Origin: Ostreococcus lucimarinus
Lineage: Eukaryota
Length of the DNA: 64,000 bases
Assembly: GCA_000092065.1 (NCBI GenBank)
Contig: CP000592.1
Strand: one strand, 5' to 3'
This document shows, piece by piece, positions 10,971 to 21,642 of this stretch (the first letter of the stretch is position 1; the number at the start of each line of letters is the position of its first letter). The notes under the pieces were generated by a model. The model worked only from the letters and a program-made list of their open reading frames with translations. It ran no database searches and was not told the DNA's origin. The position numbers and the translations under genes were made by a program.

Positions 10971-13900
10971 CTATTCGACGTCCTCCTTTAAGTCGCACCC
11001 AGCTTGGCTCTTCTCCGAGTCCGGGTTCATCGCGCACTTCCACTGAGCGTCGTCGCTGAGCGTGTCCATGTAAGTTTGCGGTACAATGCGCCACTTTTGG
11101 CACGAGTCGCATTGAATCCAAGACGTCTTTGGTTTTGGCTTCGGCGGCGATTTGGCATTTTGCGATCGTGGCGCCGAGGACCCTTTGCGTACGATCGGCG
11201 CCGCACCCCAGCGGACTGTTTGCATCGCGACTTGTAAAATTTCCTTGTTGCCGTCGTCGTAAACGACCTCGTGCTCGCCAGATTCTGGTCTGAAACCCTC
11301 GACGGTGCCGTAATAGAAGCACTCGTCGCCGGGCCAGAAGACTTCGATTTCACGCTTGACACACTTTGTGCCCAAGACTTCTCCGATGGATTTGAGAAGC
11401 TTGCTCACTGAGTCGCCGAATTTGAAGTCGGCGTCGAGAGCGCGGACGGATTGACGCCACTTCTTCGCCGTACCCTTGCCGCTGAGACGCTCGAACTCTG
11501 TGGCGGGAATTGTGAGCTCGTCGACGATGCACCGCTCTCGCTCACGACGCATGACGCAGTATCGCACCATTTCTTCGCCGCGCTTGCCTCCCGGAAGTAA
11601 AACGCCTCGCATACCGCCGCAGCCGATGGGAATCGGCTTCAGAGCAAATATGAGGCCGCCTTCGGCATCCGGCACCTTGACCGATTCGGGGCCGCCGAAT
11701 GGTTCCCACATCTTCGGTAACCATCTTATGGTGGCCAAGGGAAGATGAATCTTCTCTAATTCCTCCTTGCCAAAGTACTGAATTTCGTGCGAACCAGAGA
11801 CGTCGTCAAAGCTCACAATCTTCGCGGGGAAAAATTGCATGGCGGTCCCGTGCGGGAGAATGTCCACATTGTTACCGATCGCGCCGCGACCAATAGCAAG
11901 TCCGCGCTCTGCAAGATAATGAATGATGGGATTACCCTTCATCTCGCCGGCACCGTTGTATTTCACCTCTTCTTGCCAGTGACCCTTGCGCTTGGCGAGT
12001 TTCATGAATTCTTCCATCGTCATCTCGCTCGTCGATTTCTTCTTGGCATCTGTGTGCAGCACGACAAGATGACCACCAGTCAAGACACCTTCGAGTCCAC
12101 CACACACGATGGGCACAGCGCTTCCTCGAACGACGCACGGCGCCTCGAGTTCGAGCTTGAACTCAGCCGCCGCCATCTCTGCCATCTTTGCCGCGCTGTG
12201 CTTGGACCGCGGCTTCTTCTTTGATACTGTAAACTCTTCATCTTCGTCATCTTCGTCACCTTCGGAGTCATATTCGGATTCGGATTCTATTTCGTCTTCG
12301 GAATCAAAGTCATCGTCATCGTCATCATCATCCTCGTCCACCTCGGCGAACTTTTTCTTCGCCTTGTTCGCGGCAGCACGTTTGACGATCTTACCTCCCT
12401 TCTTCGGGGTCTCATCCTTGCCTTTCTTTCCCTTGGCTTTAGTCTTCGCCTTGGCCTTCGCCTTGGCCTTCGCCTTGGCCTTTGCGGCATCTTCCTTCGC
12501 TTTGGCTTCCTTTTCCGCGGCGTCCTTTTCGGCTTGCTTCGCTTGTTCGAGCCTCGCTTCGACCAATTCCATCGCCGCGAGCTCGTCAGGATCCGGACCA
12601 GCTTGCAAGTAAAGTTTACTATCCTCGGGTAATTTCGTCGTGATCGACAACTTGGGGATGTAAGGCTCGTTGAATTTGAGTAACTCGTCGCATGCTATTC
12701 CGACTTGCGCCGAAATCTGCTCGAGCGTCATCTTTTCGCTGAGAACGAAGACACGATAGCCGTTGGACACCATTTCGGACGATACGACGGCCGCCGCACG
12801 ACCGCGTTTGCCACTCTCCTTCTCCGACTTTTCGCTCGGCTTTCGACCGGCTTTTTCCTTGGAGGGCTCAAGGCGAGTAGGAAGACCGTCGGGCCATCGA
12901 GTTTGTTGCAGGCAGAAGTACACCCACTCGCGGTTACCGTCGTTGTACAGGATTTCGTGCTCGCCCGAATCAGACTTGTAATCGATAACTTCGCCGGGGT
13001 AGTACTGCTCAATTTCTGGGAACCACATCTCGAGGCAACGGCCGATGACACTTTCGCGGTACACCATGCCTTCATCGCGCAAGAACTTTCCAATTGGCGG
13101 ACCTCGCTTGCTGTCGTCCGTGATCTCGCGAGCTGGAATGTCGACGCCGAGTCGAATGGATTGACGCCATTTGCGAGTGGAACCGCGACCTCCCAATCTC
13201 TCGAATTCAACCGCCGGTACGACGTGCTTCTTGCCTTCAGAATCCATAAACTCGACGCTTTCATCGCCGCGTTTAACACCCGGGCGCAAGAAACCATCAA
13301 GATCACCGCATTGAACTTTAACCTCTTGCTCGTTGAGGACAAACTGCGAAGACGTGGCCCGAGATTGTTTCGGGGCTTCTTGCGACAGCTCGCCCTTTGG
13401 CTTCGGTGGCACCTTGGCCTTGGCGGATAATCGAAGCGACGCAAGCTCAACGTTTTCGGGAAATTTGTGATGAAGTTCAAGATCCAAAGCACCGTCGCGT
13501 TCAAGTGAAATAACGCCGAGCGTGAAACCTAAATCCTCACCCAAATCCGACGTCCAGCGCGTCCGCATATCCGTCAATAACTGCGACCCGGCGTGGCCGC
13601 GCGCGATTCTCACCTTGAGCATCATCGCAGGACAATGTTCACCGGTCTTTGTCGCGCCGACCAAGTCCAAACCGCGGAGAATAGCGTTCTTAATGGCATC
13701 AAGCGAACTCTTGGAGATTTTGCCGCCATGCACTGCAGGGATGGGCGGGGGTGCGCCTCGACGTGCCGGAGCGCGATCGCCCGTCGTAAGATCGGCGGCG
13801 AGGAACGAGTCGGAGGGCATACCGTCGCCACGACGCGCAGTTCGTGCGTTACGTTCAGCCGCACGAATGCGTTCTTCTTCGTCAACTTTTGCCGCCTTCT

Positions 13901-16900
13901 TGGCTTGGTCTTCTGCTTGCTTACGCGAAGCCGCGATCTTCTTTTCCAAAAGCGGGCGGACGCGTTTGAACATCTCCGTGACAATTTCGTCGCGTTCAGA
14001 CGGCAAGAGATCCTTTTGACGCAATCCTTTGAGACCGCGGCCGAGAACACTGACCTCGCCTTCGTTGAGCATCTGAGAGGCACCGGGTAAGCCCATCGCA
14101 ACCGCAGCTAAGGCTGCTTCGCGATCTTCTTGAACGCGCTTGATTCGCTCGTCTTCCGTCATCTCATCGAGAGTCTTGCGCGGCGGCGGCGCGAGCCAAA
14201 GTCGCGTACCCTCGAGTAAGTACGTACCCTTACCGTAGAACGCACCCGGCACCCAACCCGTGTTCCAGTCGATGATATCTTTCCAGTCGACGTTGTGCAT
14301 TTCAGACACGGCCGCGACGTTTTCTCCATTTCTGGTGTAGTAACACAACACGCCGCGCATCTCCAACAACTCACCCGGTTGCGGTTCGATCAATTCATCG
14401 GATGCCTTCGATTTCTTCTTTTTCTTACCACCCTTCTTCGGTCCTTCGTTGCGAAGCAAGAACTGAACGAGATCGGTGAACGTTGCGTGCGCCAACGGTT
14501 TGGTGCGCGTGCCGTTCTCCACCGGAAGCTCGAGCTCGGCATCGCGGTCCTCAATCCAGTGATCGGTAATGGCGACTTTCTTGCCGATTGACCAGCCCTC
14601 AGCAGTTTTACCGTACTCTTCTGCGATATGCGTCGAAGCCCACTTGGAGCACTCCTTGTCGCAGTGAATGAAGCACGCTTGCGCCGGGTGGTTTTGGCCC
14701 AAGTCTTGAAATCGCTTGCACTTGCCGATGATTTCTGCGGTGTTCGGCAAGTGATCTTCGCAGAAAGCTCTCGGACATGCTTCGCAACGGAAAAGGATAC
14801 CACCTACTGCCGCCGCCTTGCGGCCGCATTCGTGGCACGAGTGATGCGGGCAAGACCACCGATGGTATCGCGTGATATCCTTGATTGTGATCCCTATGCA
14901 GTCTGGGTGCACCGAGACCGGACACAAGTCGCAACACACGATTTCACCTCCATCCCAGCACGACTGACACACTGAACTATGACCGTAATCTCTCCCCGCG
15001 ATTTGAGATCGCGGCTTCTTCGACTCCGGGCCAGTTTTTACCTTGGTTCGAGCTTCGCGCGCGTGCACAGACGGTTCGCCATCCTCCATGTTGTAATTGT
15101 TCGCCTTGAGCACAGTGTGCCCGTCGATTTCAATCGTCGTCTTCGTTCGAGAACGCTTACCCATCATAACGTTGGCGTTGAACTCTGCAGCGATGTCTTT
15201 GACTGATTTGTACTTGTTAGCCTTGGCTTCGCTCACAGCGTCGGCGCTCACGCCCATGTCGTTGGCGATCGCCTCGGGAAGCATGAAGGTGGAGATGGGC
15301 GCCGCTTCAGCCTTGCCTTCGATGTAGTCTTCGGCGGTCGTCACATCGGTTTGGAGGTCACCGAGCTTTTTACGTCGCTTTTCGCCCGCGGGTGTGCGGT
15401 CCATGAGAATGTCCAATTCCTCATCGGTTGGAGGATCGCCGCTCGCTTTACTGAAGACGGCGTCAACTCCAAATCGTAACATGGCGTACAAATCGTTCCT
15501 ATCGAGGTTATCCGATTGTTCTGCAGCCTTCGTGGAACCTCGTGAAACCATTTGATCCAAGAAAAGCTTCTTCTCCGCGCGCTGCGTCATGCGCTCTTCG
15601 ACAGTACCCGCAGTGACAAGTCGGTAAATGTGCACCATCTTCTTCTGACCGATGCGGTGCACGCGAGCCATCGCTTGAAGATCCACTTGAGGGTTCCAAT
15701 CGCTATCGAACAAGATGCACGTGTCCGCAGTCTGAAGGTTTACACCTAAACCACCGGCACGGGTGGAGAGCAAGAACGCAAACATGGGTGAATCTGGACG
15801 GTTGAAGGCGGCGATGTCGATGGAACGCTGCACGCGATTCGTCGACCCGTCCAAACGAGCGTAGGTGTACCCTCTCAAAGTCAAGAAATCTTGTAAGATG
15901 TCGAGCATGGAAGTAAACTGTGAGAACAACACCACTCTATGTCCGCCTTCTTTTAACTTTTGCAACATTCTGTCGAGCACGGCGAGTTTACCAGACGCCG
16001 AGATGAGATCCTCGATCGGCACGCCATCTTCGGGCACGTCAGTACCGGTGAACAAAAACGGATGATTGCAGCACTTTCGCAATTGCATCAACAACGAATT
16101 GAGCTTTTGGAAGTTATCCGCACCACCTTCGCCTTTGGTCGCCTTTTCGAGCGACTGCAAAGCCGTCGCTTCCCGAAGCAAGAGTCGTCGATACCAAAAC
16201 GTCTGTGCCTCGGACAACGGGCACATAATCTTCGTCTCTGTCTTTGGTGGAAGCGACACTTCAACCTCACCCTTGACGCGGCGTAAAATGAATGGACGCA
16301 TCAGAAAGTGTGCTTTTTCCAGTAAGTTTGAGTCAACCTTGTGTTCTGAGGTGTTCAAATTGAACGCCTTATCGAATGGTTCGCTTGACGTGAAGACGTC
16401 GGGATGCAAAAAGGAAAGAATGGCGTACAGCTCGTGCAAGTTGTTTTGGATAGGCGTACCAGTCAACAGAAGCGTGTGTTGACGTTTGATGCGCTTTAGC
16501 ACTTGATGCGCCGCCGTTTCTTCGTTCTTCACGCGATGACCTTCGTCAAGAATCAAGCAACGCCACATGACCTTTTGTGTCAACGTCACGTTGAACGCCG
16601 GGTTACACGCCATCTCGTACGTCGTCACGGCGACGTCGTAGGATTCGGTGTTCGGCACCACTTCTTTTCGCAAACGAACACGTTCATTTTCGTCGCCGGA
16701 ATGCAAGCGCACGACGCGGAACGACGGCGCCCATTTTTGCAACTCGTCCATCCATGACGAGAGCACGGAGAGCGGGCACACGACCAAGTGCGGTCCGTTG
16801 GCGTGACGCATCTCCTTTATGCACGCCAAGAACGAAATCGACTGTAACGTTTTACCTAAACCCATCTCATCCGCCAAGATGCACGAGCATCCTTGATCGT

Positions 16901-17606
16901 ACATTCCGACGTTCCATCGCAAACCTTCCAATTGATACTCGCGCAACACCGCCTTGATCATCGCGGGTTGGTTCTCCACGGGCATGAGCACTTTTTGCGG
17001 ACCTTTCTGCGACGCCTCGTACGCTTCGGCGCGATCGAGGATGGCGTTTTTCACCTGTGGCGTGATGAACGGGTCCAAGGCCTTCATCTGCGCCTGTAAG
17101 TACTTGGACCGACGCATGTGCGCGTCCTCAATCGCTTTGGAAATTTCTCGATTATTCTTCGCGCACTTGACCTCCTCATCCGTCGCCACCTTCGGCACTC
17201 TGGGCTTCTTTCGCACGTACTGTCTGCGGACCTTGGTCGGTTCAAACACGTACTGCGTTCGCCCCGCCTCTTCCTCTGTCCCATCCTCTCCCGCCCCGAG
17301 CTCCTTGTCGAACACGCTCGGCTCGCCCTCGGTCAACGAGTAATTATTCGACCTCAACACCGGCTCCCCATCGATCATGATCACCCGCGCTTTCGTCTTC
17401 CGTCCGCTCCTTCGCGCCCCCAACGCCTCCGCGAGCACATCCGGCGGTATCTCGTTCGCCCAATCCGCTTCCCGCTCTCGTTTCGTCGTCGTCTCGCCGC
17501 CTCGCGCCCCGACCGCCGTCCCCGGAAGTCCATCGCTCGTCCCCCCTCCCTCCGTCTTCACCGCCGCGTTCGCCCCCCCCCCGCGATCACTCTCCGCGCG
17601 CATCAT
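10971..17606 (-). CDS. 2211-aa SNF2-family chromatin-remodelling ATPase fused to a PHD-like finger, three SAND (KDWK) domains, Tudor/agenet-like domains and a C-terminal zf-CW finger
   Basis: SNF2_N: LREYQLEGLRWNVGMYDQGCSCILADEMGLGKTLQSI...LILDEGHRVKNEETA...LLLTGTPIQNNLHELYAILSFL. Helicase_C: LDGSTNRVQRSIDIAAFN...LLSTRAGGLGVNLQTADTCILFDSDWNPQVDLQAMARVHRIGQKK. PHD-like: CQSCWDGGEIVCCDLCPVSVHPDC...CPHHSCHECG. Three SAND-like units: GxLxPGxKRG...EFERLxGxG..KWRQSxR. Tudor-like units: (W/F)PGxxYYGxV...SGEHEVVYDDGNxE. Terminal zf-CW: WIQCDSCQKWRIVP. Poly-KA and acidic linkers. Confidence 0.85.
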   Translation of the reverse strand: MMRAESDRGGGANAAVKTEGGGTSDGLPGTAVGARGGETTTKREREADWANEIPPDVLAEALGARRSGRKTKARVIMIDGEPVLRSNNYSLTEGEPSVFDKELGAGEDGTEEEAGRTQYVFEPTKVRRQYVRKKPRVPKVATDEEVKCAKNNREISKAIEDAHMRRSKYLQAQMKALDPFITPQVKNAILDRAEAYEASQKGPQKVLMPVENQPAMIKAVLREYQLEGLRWNVGMYDQGCSCILADEMGLGKTLQSISFLACIKEMRHANGPHLVVCPLSVLSSWMDELQKWAPSFRVVRLHSGDENERVRLRKEVVPNTESYDVAVTTYEMACNPAFNVTLTQKVMWRCLILDEGHRVKNEETAAHQVLKRIKRQHTLLLTGTPIQNNLHELYAILSFLHPDVFTSSEPFDKAFNLNTSEHKVDSNLLEKAHFLMRPFILRRVKGEVEVSLPPKTETKIMCPLSEAQTFWYRRLLLREATALQSLEKATKGEGGADNFQKLNSLLMQLRKCCNHPFLFTGTDVPEDGVPIEDLISASGKLAVLDRMLQKLKEGGHRVVLFSQFTSMLDILQDFLTLRGYTYARLDGSTNRVQRSIDIAAFNRPDSPMFAFLLSTRAGGLGVNLQTADTCILFDSDWNPQVDLQAMARVHRIGQKKMVHIYRLVTAGTVEERMTQRAEKKLFLDQMVSRGSTKAAEQSDNLDRNDLYAMLRFGVDAVFSKASGDPPTDEELDILMDRTPAGEKRRKKLGDLQTDVTTAEDYIEGKAEAAPISTFMLPEAIANDMGVSADAVSEAKANKYKSVKDIAAEFNANVMMGKRSRTKTTIEIDGHTVLKANNYNMEDGEPSVHAREARTKVKTGPESKKPRSQIAGRDYGHSSVCQSCWDGGEIVCCDLCPVSVHPDCIGITIKDITRYHRWSCPHHSCHECGRKAAAVGGILFRCEACPRAFCEDHLPNTAEIIGKCKRFQDLGQNHPAQACFIHCDKECSKWASTHIAEEYGKTAEGWSIGKKVAITDHWIEDRDAELELPVENGTRTKPLAHATFTDLVQFLLRNEGPKKGGKKKKKSKASDELIEPQPGELLEMRGVLCYYTRNGENVAAVSEMHNVDWKDIIDWNTGWVPGAFYGKGTYLLEGTRLWLAPPPRKTLDEMTEDERIKRVQEDREAALAAVAMGLPGASQMLNEGEVSVLGRGLKGLRQKDLLPSERDEIVTEMFKRVRPLLEKKIAASRKQAEDQAKKAAKVDEEERIRAAERNARTARRGDGMPSDSFLAADLTTGDRAPARRGAPPPIPAVHGGKISKSSLDAIKNAILRGLDLVGATKTGEHCPAMMLKVRIARGHAGSQLLTDMRTRWTSDLGEDLGFTLGVISLERDGALDLELHHKFPENVELASLRLSAKAKVPPKPKGELSQEAPKQSRATSSQFVLNEQEVKVQCGDLDGFLRPGVKRGDESVEFMDSEGKKHVVPAVEFERLGGRGSTRKWRQSIRLGVDIPAREITDDSKRGPPIGKFLRDEGMVYRESVIGRCLEMWFPEIEQYYPGEVIDYKSDSGEHEILYNDGNREWVYFCLQQTRWPDGLPTRLEPSKEKAGRKPSEKSEKESGKRGRAAAVVSSEMVSNGYRVFVLSEKMTLEQISAQVGIACDELLKFNEPYIPKLSITTKLPEDSKLYLQAGPDPDELAAMELVEARLEQAKQAEKDAAEKEAKAKEDAAKAKAKAKAKAKAKTKAKGKKGKDETPKKGGKIVKRAAANKAKKKFAEVDEDDDDDDDDFDSEDEIESESEYDSEGDEDDEDEEFTVSKKKPRSKHSAAKMAEMAAAEFKLELEAPCVVRGSAVPIVCGGLEGVLTGGHLVVLHTDAKKKSTSEMTMEEFMKLAKRKGHWQEEVKYNGAGEMKGNPIIHYLAERGLAIGRGAIGNNVDILPHGTAMQFFPAKIVSFDDVSGSHEIQYFGKEELEKIHLPLATIRWLPKMWEPFGGPESVKVPDAEGGLIFALKPIPIGCGGMRGVLLPGGKRGEEMVRYCVMRRERERCIVDELTIPATEFERLSGKGTAKKWRQSVRALDADFKFGDSVSKLLKSIGEVLGTKCVKREIEVFWPGDECFYYGTVEGFRPESGEHEVVYDDGNKEILQVAMQTVRWGAAPIVRKGSSAPRSQNAKSPPKPKPKTSWIQCDSCQKWRIVPQTYMDTLSDDAQWKCAMNPDSEKSQAGCDLKEDVE

Positions 17607-18110
17607 CCTCCCGCGCTTCCGAGACGTCCCGATTCGCGCTCACGCGCGAATTCGCGCGCAAGATGCGTCGAACGCGCGCGTCGCGAGATCAACCCTCGCG
17701 CGCGGTCGCGGCGTCGGACCGGTCGGTCGTCGCGTCGCGTCGACGCGTCGCGGCGGCGCGTCGCGTCGAGGCGCGCGCGCGTCGAGGCGCGCGCGCGCGC
17801 GGATTCCGAGCCGTTCGTCGAGCGTCGGCGCGGCGGCGCGGCGTCGTCGACGTGTGCCGCGACGATCGCGCGGCGACGGGGCGCGCGCCGCGCGCGCGAT
17901 GCCGCGGTGATTTTGATCGAATTCGTATGTGGTTTTATACGACTTTGTGGAAACGTTGTCTCTGAGTTATACATGACTGAATGTGCATACACGTATGTCC
18001 GAAATACGACGGCACGATAAAACCAACCTTCGCAACACCCTTCACTCGACGGCTTCACTCGACGACGCCGAGCGACGCCGAGGGACGCGCGAACGCGGAC
18101 GAACGCGGAC

Positions 18111-20255
18111 ATGACGACCGACGCGCGCGGTGAACGCGCGGCGCTGCTCGGACGCGACGTCTCGTCGACGCCGCGCGCGAACGCGGACGCGGCGGTGTTG
18201 GACGTCGAGCGCGGCGACGACGGCGCGGGACGCCGCGACGGACGCGCGCGCGGCGGGCGACGGGTGGCGGTCGTCGTCGCGGCGGCGCTCGCGGCGACGG
18301 CGGTGACGATCGGGGCGGTGCGAGGGACGGCGGGCGCGGGAGGGGCGGCGGCGCTCGGATCGAAGCCGACGGCGTCGGCGAAGGCTCTGAGAAACGCGCG
18401 GATCGCCGCGGCGGCGAAGGCGGCGGAGGAAGCGGAGGCGGAGAGACAAAGACTGCTGAATGAGGCGCATCCGGGACGGGAGCAGCGCATGGAACACCGG
18501 GCGGCGCGACGCGCGGCGGTGGAGAAGGCGGCGAAGCGGAACGAAGTCGTCGACGTCGAACGCTCGGCGGTCGCGGAGGAAGAAGGCGGCGACGCGGACA
18601 ACGCCACGCTCGTCGTCGACGGTACGTTCGTTGATGCGGACAACGCCACGCTCGTCGTCGGTGATGCGATCGCGGATAACTCCACGATCGCCGCCGGCGA
18701 AGAGACGAGCGAAGTCGCGGCTTTGGGTGCGCAGCACCACGCGCGCCCGGCGCATCACGTGAACTCTGCCAAGGCGCGGAACGAGAGAATAGCAGCCGCG
18801 GCCAAGCGAGCGCAGGAAGCGCTCGCTGCCAAGGAAGCGGAACTCAACAAGGAGCATCCGAAACGCGAGCAACGTGTGGCGCATAGAAAGCAGCAACGCG
18901 CGAAAGCGGCGATTTCAGCTGTTACCGATGTGGGAGGAACGGCGGCGACGGGCAGTACCGAATCCGCACTCCCGACGAACACTCCAAAGATTTACATCAT
19001 CTCCGACACCCAGCCGGGCGAAGAACTTGAAAACGCCAAGAGTGCGCAAGCGTACGTGGCCAACCTGTTCGAGACATACGCTGGTATGGACTCGAGTGAG
19101 GCCGCTAAGGTCGCTAGTATCGAAGAAGAGACGTTTCCGGCGCGCTGGCCGGATACGCTCGAGACAGCCAAGGTGGCGATGATGGGGATGACTGAAGGCG
19201 ACGACGTGCGCTTTCCCGTTAAGGACGTGCAAGCCACGCTGGCTGACAAAGATCAACACTGCGTCGGGGAAGCGTGTAAGCTGGGTCTGCAGAAGCACCT
19301 CGGCTCCATGTTATCGCACATGGCTGTCTGGAAAAAGGCGCTCGACTCTGGCGCCGACTCGTTTGTCGTTTGGGAGTCCACAGCCTTGGCGAAGCACGCC
19401 GTTAGCCCGCTCGATTACGCCGAGCTCGAGAGTGAGCTTCCGGAAAACACCGACATGGTGTTTCTCGAGCCTGATTACCTGAGCCCGGGGCAGTTCGTGA
19501 AGAAGATCAAGTCGAGCGCGACCGGCACGTGGGGAGAGCACACGCACGGCGCCGAGGAGTGCGTGAACCAATCTTCGTCGGTGTACTTGTACAAGCACAA
19601 CCATATGTGCGGCGGCGTCGGCACTAGCGCTCTGATGTTCACGAAACGGGGCGCGCAGAGACTTCGAGATTACGTCGCGACGAATGGAGCCGGGATGATC
19701 AGCACCTGGTTAAATTCCAAGTGCATCGCAAAGCACGCCGACGGTTTGAATTTCAACTGCTACATCGCGCAAACGAAGAAGCTCGATAAATCAATGCTCG
19801 GTGGTGTCGTCCCGACTTGGTATGACGATGAACGCGTCGTCAGCGAGTCCGTACCGCAACCCGACATCGATGAAATGGACTTCAACCCCAAAAAGTTCAA
19901 CCAGTTGGGTTGCGCGCGCGGCGGCCGCGCCTTTGCCGAAACCGCCGCCTGGTTGCCCATCAGCGCTGACCACACCGTTGATTCCGAGCGCGTCGTCAGC
20001 AACTGTATGATGGCGTCTATAGCCACGAGTATGGGTTACACCATCGATCCGTGCGCCGTGGACTTGCCCTTGCGCCAATCCGATTTAAACGCGCAGTCGG
20101 ACGCCCTCCAGCGGCGCGCGCGGGCTGCGAAAGCCGACGGCGCCTCCGTCGCCAGCCTCTCCTTGGCGCTCAGCGACGACGCCAAGGCGTACTTATTCGA
20201 AAGCGACAACGACGTTCCGTACGGTAACCTCGAAGACGTCGCTTCTTCCTTTTAA
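18111..20255 (+). CDS. Type-II membrane glycosyltransferase-like protein (GT25-like catalytic region) with a duplicated ~50-aa coiled-coil stem module
   Basis: N-terminal signal anchor (VAVVVAAALAATAVTIGAV). Repeated modules ARNARIAAAAK...EAHPGREQRMEHR and ARNERIAAAAK...KEHPKREQRVAHR. C-terminal domain with HLGSMLSHMAVWKKALDSGADSFVVWESTA resembling the GT25 GCxLSHxxxW motif. Cys-rich. Confidence 0.4.
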   Translation: MTTDARGERAALLGRDVSSTPRANADAAVLDVERGDDGAGRRDGRARGGRRVAVVVAAALAATAVTIGAVRGTAGAGGAAALGSKPTASAKALRNARIAAAAKAAEEAEAERQRLLNEAHPGREQRMEHRAARRAAVEKAAKRNEVVDVERSAVAEEEGGDADNATLVVDGTFVDADNATLVVGDAIADNSTIAAGEETSEVAALGAQHHARPAHHVNSAKARNERIAAAAKRAQEALAAKEAELNKEHPKREQRVAHRKQQRAKAAISAVTDVGGTAATGSTESALPTNTPKIYIISDTQPGEELENAKSAQAYVANLFETYAGMDSSEAAKVASIEEETFPARWPDTLETAKVAMMGMTEGDDVRFPVKDVQATLADKDQHCVGEACKLGLQKHLGSMLSHMAVWKKALDSGADSFVVWESTALAKHAVSPLDYAELESELPENTDMVFLEPDYLSPGQFVKKIKSSATGTWGEHTHGAEECVNQSSSVYLYKHNHMCGGVGTSALMFTKRGAQRLRDYVATNGAGMISTWLNSKCIAKHADGLNFNCYIAQTKKLDKSMLGGVVPTWYDDERVVSESVPQPDIDEMDFNPKKFNQLGCARGGRAFAETAAWLPISADHTVDSERVVSNCMMASIATSMGYTIDPCAVDLPLRQSDLNAQSDALQRRARAAKADGASVASLSLALSDDAKAYLFESDNDVPYGNLEDVASSF

Positions 20256-20720
20256 CGCGTCCTTTTAACGCCATCCTTGTAACGCGCATGTTTGCACATT
20301 TTGCGAGTCTCGAAATTTCTCGATCTCTTCGTCCCCGAAGGCGCCACCCACGGCTCGGTAACTGTCGGCACCGTTCCGCACACGCTCGCGCTCGCGCTCG
20401 CGCGCACGGTGCGTCACTCGTCGCGCGCGCGCGCTCGACGATGAAACGCACATCGCTCGATCGATCGACCGCGTGCCGACGCGCGAAACCGCTCGACGAC
20501 GCGATCTCGAGCGCGCGAACGACGACGACGACGATCGCGAGAATTCTCGAGAATCGACGCGCGCGACGCGATGTCGCGCGCGGTGCGACCGCGCTCGAGA
20601 GGCGACGAAGGAGACTGACGAAAGCGCTCGATCGGCGGCGGTGCGTAGGATCTGAAGATCGACGCACGCGCGCGCGCGCGAGCACCCGAACGATTGTTTG
20701 ATTTTCGCGCGACTCAGCGC

Positions 20721-21569
20721 ATGGGCGGTTGGCACGGCGCGGAGACGCACGGCGGCGGCGGGTTTCGAGAGACGCGAGGGGAGACGCATCAACCCACGGC
20801 GATGCAAGTGGAGTATCGCGAACATCGAGAGACGCATCACCGCGAAGAAGGCTCGCGGGAACGGACGGCGCCGCGAGAACGAGAGCCGGCGGCTTTTCCC
20901 ACAAAGCCGCCGTACGTCGCGTTCGTCGGAAACTTTCCGTTTGAGGCGACGCAGGATGAGGTGTTGAAGGCGTGCGGGGCGACGCCAGAGGCAGTAAACG
21001 TCCGCGCGATGACGGATAGGAGTCAGACGAAAGTTCGAGGGTACTTTGTGGAGTTTCCAGACGCGGACAGTCTTCGCGAAGCGTTGAAGGCAGACGGCTT
21101 CGTCATGGGCGAACGCCCGTTGCGCGTCAACGTCGCGGATGAGCGGAAGTCGATGGACAGAGGACGAAGAAGTTCTACCGATCGCGGGCAACGTCGAAAC
21201 TCGCATCGCGAGGATCAGTGGACGTCTGTGGGCAACGCCGCGCCGGTGCCGAAAATCGTCGAGCCGGCCGCGGAGCGTCCCAAATTGGTGCTCAAACCGC
21301 GAAGCATCGAGAGGGACTCCGGAGAGCCTCCGATCGCCGTCGGTTCTGCGTCTATATTCGGTGGCGCTAAACCAGTGGACACGAGCAAAATTCTCGCCGA
21401 GGTTGAGAAGAAGATTGACGCCGAGTTGCACCGCGAACCGGCAAAGCTTCCGACGCCGAAGCACGAGAAAAAAGTGCACACTCCCGTGCTCAAGATTCAA
21501 GAAGAAGTCGTGACGCGCGTGGAGAACACTAACGTCTTCTCTCTTTTGTCCATCGAGGATGACGAATGA
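20721..21569 (+). CDS. eIF4H/eIF4B-like RRM translation initiation factor
   Basis: The track ORF starts at TTG 20694; the first ATG is at 20721. The RRM PPYVAFVGNFPFEATQDEV...VRGYFVEFPDADSLREALKADGFVMGERPLRVNVADERK and downstream ERPKLVLKPRS...ASIFGGAKP are collinear with human eIF4H. Confidence 0.75.
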   Translation: MGGWHGAETHGGGGFRETRGETHQPTAMQVEYREHRETHHREEGSRERTAPREREPAAFPTKPPYVAFVGNFPFEATQDEVLKACGATPEAVNVRAMTDRSQTKVRGYFVEFPDADSLREALKADGFVMGERPLRVNVADERKSMDRGRRSSTDRGQRRNSHREDQWTSVGNAAPVPKIVEPAAERPKLVLKPRSIERDSGEPPIAVGSASIFGGAKPVDTSKILAEVEKKIDAELHREPAKLPTPKHEKKVHTPVLKIQEEVVTRVENTNVFSLLSIEDDE

Positions 21570-21642
21570 TGTAACGTATGTCGATTTTCCACGGATTTGT
21601 AACATTTCAACAAGGCAAACAACGCAGCTTCTGTCTATGGCA

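Noticed and set aside
17118-18020. Many long Arg/Ala/Ser-rich ORFs antisense or out-of-frame to real genes (e.g. 17118..18020+, 18042..18896-, 20265..21665-, 26055..27017+, 26464..27675-, 30500..31615-, 35349..36491-, 36804..37694-, 43583..44383-, 46511..47383+, 52397..53536+, 56138..57088-, 56752..57627-, 61004..62836-, 61162..62190+)
   Set aside because: They are products of 65-70% GC with few stop codons. They have low-complexity RRRR/AAAA composition, no domains, and each overlaps a well-supported gene on the other strand or frame.
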